Made by a program: the position numbers and the translations under genes. Source: Candidatus Hodarchaeota archaeon (GTDB lineage: Archaea > Asgardarchaeota > Lokiarchaeia > Sigyniarchaeales > SOKP01). From it: a DNA stretch of 19,447 nt. The notes below the pieces were generated by a model, which worked only from the letters and a program-made list of their open reading frames with translations, did no database searches and was not told where the DNA came from. Positions 9,402 through 17,013 of this stretch are shown in pieces; the stretch's first letter is position 1, and the number at the start of each line of letters is the position of its first letter. Location: NCBI GenBank assembly GCA_048886685.1, contig JBHLKM010000004.1, forward strand, positions 188,442 to 207,888. The letters run 5' to 3'.

Positions 9402-9486
9402 CTTAATGAATAACTATTGTTTAAACTATCATATCTATAAATTAATAGATTAGGTTTTTCTCCATAGTATACCTGCCCAATAACAA

Positions 9487-9882
9487 TTATTCTATATCAA
9501 ACCAAACTGGACTTTTATCATCAACTAATCCATTATAATTTACTGTAATTTCTTCCCCCTTAGAAATATCCTGTATCGTTTCAAATTCAATACAATTATT
9601 ATCATAATCATAAATGTATCTAACATTTGGAGTAAAAGAATGATTTATAAATTGACTAACGCTTAAAGAGATGGCATTTTTGTATTCTGGATTGTGTTTT
9701 GGATCTTCCCAAATATAACAATAATTATACAAAATAGTTTTACTAATTTTTTTCCAATCTTTATTTGTTAATGGAATAACATGTGCAACATCGATGACTA
9801 TTCCTTTTTTAATTTCGCGTAATGCAAAAACACCCCTCCCCTTCTTTGGAGAAATAAATTTTACTTCAATCAATTCATTCAT
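9487..9882 (-). CDS. Stand-alone SET-domain protein-lysine methyltransferase (copy 1)
   Basis: KGRGVFA, FINHSFTPN and DISKGEEITVNY motifs. SD-like TGGTGG 5 nt before the ATG. Confidence 0.93.
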   Translation of the reverse strand: MNELIEVKFISPKKGRGVFALREIKKGIVIDVAHVIPLTNKDWKKISKTILYNYCYIWEDPKHNPEYKNAISLSVSQFINHSFTPNVRYIYDYDNNCIEFETIQDISKGEEITVNYNGLVDDKSPVWFDIE

Positions 9883-9910
9883 TTATACCACCAATTAATT
9901 TGTTTGAAGA

Positions 9911-10498
9911 TCATTCTAATGAAGCATGTCTTTTATCTATCTCAGCTTCTGTTACACCCAAATGATTCATTAATACACCGCCTACTGAATCTAATACAGC
10001 TAAACTTGAAATATCAAACAAGCTTGTATATGGTGCGAGAGTTTTTTGTGAAAGGGCAACATCCTTACTCTTACTTTTAATATCAATAATATAATCTGAT
10101 ATTTTTCCGATTGTGCTTTTTGGATTATTAGTTAATAACACTATCCTCCCACCAATCTCTTTTGCTTTTTTTGCTATTGCTACAGTTGATGTTGTCTCAC
10201 CACTTCCACTGATTAAAACTAACACATCTTTTTTCTGATATTGATAAGTTATTGCATCTGAAATGAAACAGGATATAATTCCTAAATGCATTAGTCTTTG
10301 AGCAAAACACCTTCCAATAAAGCCAGAACGTCCTGCACCATAAATAAAAATTTTGTTATTTTCATTATGTGTCTGTAATATTAATTCAATAGTTTTTAAG
10401 ACATCATTGAAATTAATAATCTCTATGTTCTTTTTCACTTGATTAGCGATTTCAAGTATAGTCTCATTAAACCTTTCTTGAAAATTTTCTTTATTCAT
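9911..10498 (-). CDS. hxlB: 6-phospho-3-hexuloisomerase (SIS domain)
   Basis: IFIYGAGRSG, FAQRLMHLG, ISGSGET and C-terminal RHASLE motifs. ATG 10498 preferred because the longer start overlaps the upstream gene. Confidence 0.88.
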   Translation of the reverse strand: MNKENFQERFNETILEIANQVKKNIEIINFNDVLKTIELILQTHNENNKIFIYGAGRSGFIGRCFAQRLMHLGIISCFISDAITYQYQKKDVLVLISGSGETTSTVAIAKKAKEIGGRIVLLTNNPKSTIGKISDYIIDIKSKSKDVALSQKTLAPYTSLFDISSLAVLDSVGGVLMNHLGVTEAEIDKRHASLE

Positions 10499-10517
10499 TT
10501 CTTCTGACCATATTGAT

Positions 10518-11783
10518 TTATTCCTTATACTTTTCGGGATTAACACATCTCCGCCATTCCATTAACGTTTCTTTAGGTCCTAAACCTATAAGTAAATCCC
10601 CTTCTTCGAAGATGAAATCAGGTTGAAAACGATAAATCCATATATCTTCTCTCTTTAATGCTATTATATGAAAACCACGTTTATAGCGTCTATCTTGTAG
10701 TTCATTATATGTTTTTGCTTTAAAATATGAATCTTCAGAGAGAGTTTCTCTTACAACAATTTCAGAAGTTTCATGTATAGCTTGTTGTAGAATACTATGT
10801 GGTTCAAAGCCTTTAATTATATTCTCTGCTATATGTGTTGCCGAATCAGCGATAAGTTCACAGGAAAAAACAATTCTCATAATTCCTGTTAGATCTCTTG
10901 GTGTTTCTACCAATTGAGCAAGATCAAGGAGATCTTTTTCAAAAGTTAAATTTAATCCATCCATTAACTCTTCCATTTCTAAAATATCTTCAGCTAGCTC
11001 TTCATTTTTAAAAAATAATGCTGCTAAGGCCAATTCAATCATGGTTTCTGAGACATCTGTTATCAAAACATAATTCCTTTGAAGTTTCTCAATTTTTTCG
11101 CAAATATCTGGATTTCCCAAATCTATTAAAAATTCCTCGTCTTTCTTACCAATCTGAAAGGAGAAAGGTTCAGGATCTTTGCATAAAGCTTTCAAATCAA
11201 TTATTGGTTGAATTTCACCCTTCACAATTAAAATATCATCCATATGCAACTTTTCATCCTTTTCGAAAAGCCACTTATTTCCTCTCCGTATTGCAATTAA
11301 ATCAACACCATATCTAGATCTAAAGTGGACATCTTTTCTAATTTGACCTATAAAACCACAGTCCTTTTTTACCGCAATTTTTACAATAGGTTCAGGGACA
11401 ATGCTAATATCACTAAATAATTGTACAAAATAAGAGATATCGCTATTAATATACACAGTCCGAGCAATATCACTTAGTGCATCAGATATTTTATCAATCG
11501 AATAACCCATAACCACAATAGGTTCCAAGGTTTTAGCTTCAGTTAAACCTCCTGGATGCGCTTGAATTATTTGAAAATTCAATAAAAAAGTGAGTTCATG
11601 TATTCTTTGTTCCATTTTATAGGCTTCATCAGCTAATTCTTTGCTTCCAAATTTTATAGCACTATAGGCCAAATCAATCATTAAATCAATATTCTGTTTC
11701 ATTTCCCTAATTATATCTTTTAGAGAAAGCGGCTTATATTGGAATTTTTTACTCCGTTTGGGCATATTGTTGTACTCACTCAT
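10518..11783 (-). CDS. Tandem (PhoU + TrkA-C/RCK_C) x2 regulatory protein
   Basis: Two repeats of a PhoU helical unit (LMIDLAYSAI...DKISDA; TMIELALAAL...ELIADSA), each followed by an RCK_C unit (GVDLIAIRRG...DDILIVKG; GFHIIALKRE...GDLLIGLG). Confidence 0.85.
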   Translation of the reverse strand: MSEYNNMPKRSKKFQYKPLSLKDIIREMKQNIDLMIDLAYSAIKFGSKELADEAYKMEQRIHELTFLLNFQIIQAHPGGLTEAKTLEPIVVMGYSIDKISDALSDIARTVYINSDISYFVQLFSDISIVPEPIVKIAVKKDCGFIGQIRKDVHFRSRYGVDLIAIRRGNKWLFEKDEKLHMDDILIVKGEIQPIIDLKALCKDPEPFSFQIGKKDEEFLIDLGNPDICEKIEKLQRNYVLITDVSETMIELALAALFFKNEELAEDILEMEELMDGLNLTFEKDLLDLAQLVETPRDLTGIMRIVFSCELIADSATHIAENIIKGFEPHSILQQAIHETSEIVVRETLSEDSYFKAKTYNELQDRRYKRGFHIIALKREDIWIYRFQPDFIFEEGDLLIGLGPKETLMEWRRCVNPEKYKE

Positions 11784-11802
11784 TTGTCATATAAATTTGA
11801 TG

Positions 11803-12354
11803 TTATATAAAATTTATTATAAATAAAATAATGAATAAAGGGGTTAAGAAATCGGCTAGCGATGTAACAAATGGTATAAGAAAATTATTTGGGTCCATAC
11901 CTCGCTTAAATAAGAATATCGCACCTATAAATAGCATAATAAACATTATGAAAAAAATTATTAGAACAGTGATAGTTATAATCATAACTATTATGAGTGG
12001 ATTTACTGGCTTTACTCCTGAAATAATTTCAATAGCGTAGCCTAAAAAAAATAAGAATAATAAGCTTAATAGAAGAGTCATAAGCAAACCATAAAAATCT
12101 TCTTTCAACCTTTCAGATTTCTGGATTTTAGGTAATATGGTACCAATATAAAGATGGGTCGTTAATCTTGACACCAAAACTGTTGATATATCTCCAATTA
12201 GAGAGTTTATCGCGGGCAATATTAAAAGGATTATAGGAATGGTATGAAATATCTCTTCATTTGATGATAATAATGTACCAGAAATTAAACCAAATATGGA
12301 GGATAAAATTACAACTATTATTGATTCTTTGAAAATTTTCATGAAATATTTCAT
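11803..12354 (-). CDS. MgtE/SLC41-type divalent cation transporter membrane domain, subunit B
   Basis: Five TM segments, PAINSLIGDISTV and GMDPNNFLIPFVTSLAD motifs. ATG 12354 overlaps the upstream stop (TAATG) and follows the SD-like GGGGGTG. Confidence 0.85.
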   Translation of the reverse strand: MKYFMKIFKESIIVVILSSIFGLISGTLLSSNEEIFHTIPIILLILPAINSLIGDISTVLVSRLTTHLYIGTILPKIQKSERLKEDFYGLLMTLLLSLLFLFFLGYAIEIISGVKPVNPLIIVMIITITVLIIFFIMFIMLFIGAIFLFKRGMDPNNFLIPFVTSLADFLTPLFIILFIINFI

Positions 12355-12908
12355 TATGACACCCCCAGTATTAATAATGTTAAAAAGAAACAAAATACTG
12401 TAAAAAAATCATCAATAGCCGTCATTATAGGATTTACTACATTATTTGGGTTCAATCCTTTTTTAAAGGCAATAAAATTTAATCCTGTTGAACACGGAAT
12501 CGAAATAGATAAAGTCAATATAATTGAAATTATTGGTATTGTTAAAAAGTGAATAGTAGGGAGTGTCTTCACATTGAATATAAAAAAATTCAAAATAATT
12601 GAAAATATACCAATTAAAATTGCAATTATAATTGCTAAAATATATGTAGCAGATGCATTTTCAATCCATGATCTTCTATTGAAATTTCCAATTATTAAAT
12701 CGCGAGAAGTTCTTGCTATAAAAGGACCACTTAAATTCCCTCTTAACGAAAGAAGGGCAGGAATCATTAATATTAATGCAAGAAAACTGTTAAATGGTAA
12801 AATCAAGATAGAAAGGATTATCCCTGCCAGGATATCCCCGATAATAGATATGATTTCTGAGGGGAAGGTTTCTTTAACAATTTTACCTTTAGTATCTTGG
12901 GTCTCCAT
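12354..12908 (-). CDS. MgtE/SLC41-type divalent cation transporter membrane domain, subunit A
   Basis: Five TM segments, PALLSLRGNLSG and GLNPNNVVNPIMTAIDD motifs. SD-like GAGGATGG upstream. Confidence 0.87.
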   Translation of the reverse strand: METQDTKGKIVKETFPSEIISIIGDILAGIILSILILPFNSFLALILMIPALLSLRGNLSGPFIARTSRDLIIGNFNRRSWIENASATYILAIIIAILIGIFSIILNFFIFNVKTLPTIHFLTIPIISIILTLSISIPCSTGLNFIAFKKGLNPNNVVNPIMTAIDDFFTVFCFFLTLLILGVS

Positions 12909-13034
12909 ATGCCATCCTCATCAGAATCATTTGTTAAAGAAATTTGATTTGCTATCATATCTTTTTAATATTTTTAGGGGATATTTCAATTTAAAACTTA
13001 GTTAATTGTATTATTCATTTAAAGTTTTTAAATA

Positions 13035-13050
13035 TTTAGGTACCCCTAAA
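13035..13050. promoter_or_regulatory. Palindromic operator candidate TTTAGG-TACC-CCTAAA
   Basis: Perfect 6-bp arms with a 4-nt spacer in the divergent intergenic region, just downstream (minus strand) of the TATA-like TTTTATAAAA at 13064-13073. Confidence 0.5.
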
Positions 13051-13259
13051 ATAGTCTTATTGATTTTATAAAAATAAGCTATAAATTATTTAAACTCTAA
13101 TTTTATTAGCCAATTCAATTAATTTGAATTTTTAATAATTACAAATTGATATTATATTAACTTATTTCAGTCAAAAACTAAAAAGGAATCTAATTTTTTC
13201 CATTATGTTATTATTTAAACAAGTTTATTTAAAAAAGACTATTCTTCATCATTGTTTAA

Positions 13260-14912
13260 ATGAGTCTATGGAAAATAATTGCGAAAAATGAAATACGATT
13301 AAAGACGTTTCGAGTTAGGAAAAATCGAAAATTGTTTTTCATAATAATTTATACATTATTTCTTATCTGGGCAGCATATTTAGGACCTGTTTTATTCGAT
13401 GAAATCCTTCCAGAACTTCTAAAATTTTATTCAGAGCAGTTTGAAGTTCTGATTAGCTTAATCTTAGAATATTCATTTATGATGCTATTTATGATGTATA
13501 TGATATATCCGTTATTTGTTCTCAATAGAAGATCTGAAATTGGAATAAAAGACACAATAATTGCTTCACCAATTAAATCAGGTGATATTTTTATTGGGGA
13601 ATTCATAGGACAATTACCTTTCTACTTTTTATTTTTATTGGGAATAGGTCCATTAGGGACAAGTCTTTTAAGACAAATTAATTCAGAGATGACAATCTTT
13701 CATTATTTAGGTTTTTATATAGTTGTGTTTATTTTATCTATTTTTGCGTTAATAATAGGTATGATTTTTTCCAACTGGTTTGAGAATAAGATTTTTAAGA
13801 ATAAAAAAATAAGAGAACTTGATAATTGGATTTTAGTTTTTCTGTCTTTTCTCGTTATTTCTATTTTTTATTTATTCCATTACATTTTTGAGATTATAAC
13901 AACTTTTCCATACCTTAGAATTTGGATGCTTTTTTTTCCTTCTTTTTGGTATTCTAATATAGTGCTATACATGATTAAACCCTCGTTAGTTTCATCCTAT
14001 ATTTTAAATTTGGGATTAAATATAGGATTAGCAATTTTAATACCTTTCTTTATCCTCTTTATTTCTTATAAAAAAGCAGGAATTTTTTATACATTAGAAA
14101 GGACGATTAATAAAAGATCAAAAAAAATCCATCAAGACCACATTTTTTATCGATTTATAGGAAAAATAGCTCCTCGCAAGTGGAAAGGATTAATCATTAC
14201 TAATTTTAAAGAATTTTTAAGAAAAAGGGAAAACTATGCTAAGTTAATCTATAGCACTGTTTTTATTGGCTTTATTGGTTTCTTCTTATCTTTTTCTTTA
14301 AATAATTCAACTATTCTCTTAGAAGATAATCCATTGGGCATAACATTATTATTAGAAATATTCCACCATCGTTTTTTATTAGTTTTAATCATTGGGTGGA
14401 TTGGAGGTTTAATCTTTAGTATTTTAATTGGTATCTCTGTTCTTATTAGATCAAAAGAATTGTTATTTTTATATAAAAAATCTCCCCGAGGATTAAATTC
14501 TCTGCTTTTTTCTTATTTATATGTTATTTTTATTATTCTCTTTTTTTTGGATATTATATTGACAGTCTATTTTACTTTTCTTTTTCAGATAAATCTTTTA
14601 CAGGTTTTTATTTTTTTTGTTATGTTTATGTCAAATAGTATAGTAATTCTCTTAGAAGCATTAGCAATTCAGTGTATTAAACCATTATTTGAAGAAAGAG
14701 GTAAAGATGTTTTTTTTAATATCTATCTTCTTATCGTTTTACAAATTATATCTTTATTAATTACGCTATTTCTTGTTATGCCATTTTTTTCTCCTCTACT
14801 TAATGTTTCAATAGGAATTATTGTTATTTTATTAGTAAACCTTATTGTATCGGGAATAATTTCCGTTTTAGCCTTCTATCTAGGTATTCTAAATTTAAAC
14901 AAGATTGAATAA
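13260..14912 (+). CDS. Multi-pass membrane protein, duplicated ABC-2-type permease-like
   Basis: 550 aa, about 12 TM in two halves. Each half starts with an amphipathic helix (WKIIAKNEIR / GLIITNFKEFLRKR) and has an SP-containing coupling-helix-like motif (SPIKSGDIFIGEF / SPRGLNSLLFSYL). Confidence 0.7.
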   Translation: MSLWKIIAKNEIRLKTFRVRKNRKLFFIIIYTLFLIWAAYLGPVLFDEILPELLKFYSEQFEVLISLILEYSFMMLFMMYMIYPLFVLNRRSEIGIKDTIIASPIKSGDIFIGEFIGQLPFYFLFLLGIGPLGTSLLRQINSEMTIFHYLGFYIVVFILSIFALIIGMIFSNWFENKIFKNKKIRELDNWILVFLSFLVISIFYLFHYIFEIITTFPYLRIWMLFFPSFWYSNIVLYMIKPSLVSSYILNLGLNIGLAILIPFFILFISYKKAGIFYTLERTINKRSKKIHQDHIFYRFIGKIAPRKWKGLIITNFKEFLRKRENYAKLIYSTVFIGFIGFFLSFSLNNSTILLEDNPLGITLLLEIFHHRFLLVLIIGWIGGLIFSILIGISVLIRSKELLFLYKKSPRGLNSLLFSYLYVIFIILFFLDIILTVYFTFLFQINLLQVFIFFVMFMSNSIVILLEALAIQCIKPLFEERGKDVFFNIYLLIVLQIISLLITLFLVMPFFSPLLNVSIGIIVILLVNLIVSGIISVLAFYLGILNLNKIE

Positions 14913-14918
14913 AAAATT

Positions 14919-15188
14919 CTAGTTTTTATTGAAATATGAAGATCTTCTAATCACTTTCATCAAAATATACAAAAAAAGGGGTGTAAATATCAAGACTAAC
15001 CCTAATGGATTTAAAAAGATAAATTGAAGCATCGAAATTGTAATTGTTAGAGGATTCTCTGCAAATAACAAGATTAAAAAATATAAAAATGCTGTGATTC
15101 CAAAGATAAGGAAAAAGAAATCTGCTTTAATTACCCATAACAAAATTAAAATAAAGAAAACGAAAAGTATTGAATCGTAGAATTCCAT
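14919..15188 (-). CDS. Small hypothetical membrane protein (about 3 TM)
   Basis: 89 aa, very hydrophobic with a basic tail. Fills the gap between neighbours and is co-oriented with the upstream surface protein. Confidence 0.55.
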   Translation of the reverse strand: MEFYDSILFVFFILILLWVIKADFFFLIFGITAFLYFLILLFAENPLTITISMLQFIFLNPLGLVLIFTPLFLYILMKVIRRSSYFNKN

Positions 15189-15239
15189 TTTAAAATTCTA
15201 TTTGTTTTAATAAAATAAAAAAAAAAGTTTATAAAAATT

Positions 15240-16058
15240 TTATTTCTTTTTTTTTACATAATAAATTACTCCAAGGGTACTTAAACCAGCAACTCCAATT
15301 AGGATTAAAACATCAAAGCCAGGAATTTCTTCATCTGAGGGTAAATTCACGCTCATAACTCGTGATCCACCATATTTCATCTCTCCTTGACCAAATACGC
15401 CTTTGCTATTCCATTGAGCCGTAAATTGCATTTCCTGCATAAGAGAACCATTAATCATTTGAGAAGGTATTGTTATTTTAAATCCATTTCCATACTCTTC
15501 AATTGTTTCTCCTGTAGCTCCTCCAGTAAATTCATCCACTATAGTATTAAGTCCATTCACTGCTTCTGTCCAATTCAAATTGTGTGGGACAATTATGAAA
15601 GGAATTGCAAAACCATAAGGTGGTGTTTCTATACTCATTGCATCCATAGTATTATTAAAATAATTAGATGTCTCATTATTCAAAACAAAAACATGTAAAT
15701 GTTCTCCAGGTGCAGGATATGGTTGCCATCCATATCCAGGTACATTCATATAGATTGACATGTTAATTATAACATAATCATACATGACACCGATGTATTC
15801 ATCACTAATATATTCTATAACTCCCTTTATTTGAATTGAGGGCATTGCTTCATACATTGAAATTTCTGGTGGTATAGTCCCCCCCATATCTGTTATCATC
15901 GATGAGTATCCTTCAAAATTAACTCCTAGAGTCCACTTATATTCTTCACCTACTTGAACACCAATATAATCTGGAGGAAGAGCTGTGGAATAATTACTTA
16001 GGGGTATAAATAAAAACATCCCTAATAGTGAGATTAGTAAAATTCTGCTTTTTTTCAT
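15240..16058 (-). CDS. Secreted/surface protein with a Loki-CTERM/PGF-CTERM-like C-terminal sorting signal
   Basis: Signal peptide MKKSRILLISLLGMFLFIPL...STA, YIGVQVGEEYKW start of the mature part, and C-terminal EEIPGFD + TM helix + KKKK. Several N-x-S/T sequons (NYS, NMS, NET, NNT, NWT, NGS). Confidence 0.85.
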   Translation of the reverse strand: MKKSRILLISLLGMFLFIPLSNYSTALPPDYIGVQVGEEYKWTLGVNFEGYSSMITDMGGTIPPEISMYEAMPSIQIKGVIEYISDEYIGVMYDYVIINMSIYMNVPGYGWQPYPAPGEHLHVFVLNNETSNYFNNTMDAMSIETPPYGFAIPFIIVPHNLNWTEAVNGLNTIVDEFTGGATGETIEEYGNGFKITIPSQMINGSLMQEMQFTAQWNSKGVFGQGEMKYGGSRVMSVNLPSDEEIPGFDVLILIGVAGLSTLGVIYYVKKKK

Positions 16059-16284
16059 ATATTCCCATCAACCTTTATTTTTTGGTTAGAATTTTAATAT
16101 AATAACCAAGTTTCAAGTATTTAAATATATCATTAAACTCTTTCTTCTAAAATTAGATCTATATGCTTAGTACAATCTAAAATTAAACATATTTTAAATA
16201 TAAAGTAAACAATTATCACTATAACATATCCCTATGATGACATATAAATAATTATTATAATTATACTTCTCTTAATTATTATTA

Positions 16285-16992
16285 ATGAATCCTATTAAAT
16301 ATGAATCCAGATTTATAGCTGGAGAAATACTCGTAGAATTCATAAAAGCTAAGAATAATATAATGTATGGTAAACTCAAGCAGAATTTTAAAGAATTTTT
16401 CTGTTATGCGATCCCTAATGGTGGAGTACCAGTTGCGGAGGGCTTTTGTTCGCGATTCAAAATTAACTATGATCTTCTAATTGTAAGAAAACTGAAAATT
16501 CCATATAATACAGAAGCTGGTTTCGGAGCAGTAACTACTGACGGGACGGTTTTTTTTAATCAAGCGTTATTGAATCAATTAAATTTGACTGAAGAGCAAA
16601 TAAGTAAATCAATTTCTATAACTAAAAATGAAATAAGGCAAAGAATAGAGTTTTATGAAAAGGATTTAAATCTAATAAAAATGCAAGAGGAAATTATTCA
16701 AAATAAGAATATATTCTTAATTGATGATGGATTAGCTTCAGGTTATACAATGTTAGCAGGGATAAATATGATAAAAAAATATAAACCAAAAAGTATCAGT
16801 ATTGCTGTACCTACTGCCACTTTAAGGACTATAAAATTAATAGAAAAAGAAGTAGGTCATATTTTTTGTCCAAATATAAGAAATGTGAGGTGGTTTGCTG
16901 TCGCAGATTCATATAAACATTGGTATGACGTACCAGACAGAGAGGTATTAGAAATAATAAATAATTCAAAATGCTATATATTAAATAAATGA
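16285..16992 (+). CDS. Type I phosphoribosyltransferase family protein (predicted PRTase)
   Basis: AIPNGGVPVA, VRKLKIPYNTEAGFGAV, PRPP-binding loop FLIDDGLASGYTM, IAVP. Confidence 0.88.
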   Translation: MNPIKYESRFIAGEILVEFIKAKNNIMYGKLKQNFKEFFCYAIPNGGVPVAEGFCSRFKINYDLLIVRKLKIPYNTEAGFGAVTTDGTVFFNQALLNQLNLTEEQISKSISITKNEIRQRIEFYEKDLNLIKMQEEIIQNKNIFLIDDGLASGYTMLAGINMIKKYKPKSISIAVPTATLRTIKLIEKEVGHIFCPNIRNVRWFAVADSYKHWYDVPDREVLEIINNSKCYILNK

Positions 16993-17013
16993 AGTAATTA
17001 AGATATTAATTAA

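Noticed and set aside
10499-10546. Longer ORF-track starts for phi (10546) and MgtE-B (12393)
   Set aside because: They overlap upstream genes; ATG 10498 and ATG 12354 fit operon spacing and SD/coupling better.
11018-13005. Plus-strand ORFs 11018..11317, 11831..12040 and 12574..13005
   Set aside because: Antisense to the PhoU-TrkA-C and MgtE-like genes.
14919-14921. TAG stop of the 89-aa gene as a second readthrough site
   Set aside because: Readthrough would add only about 8 residues overlapping the convergent gene, so there is no evidence either way.
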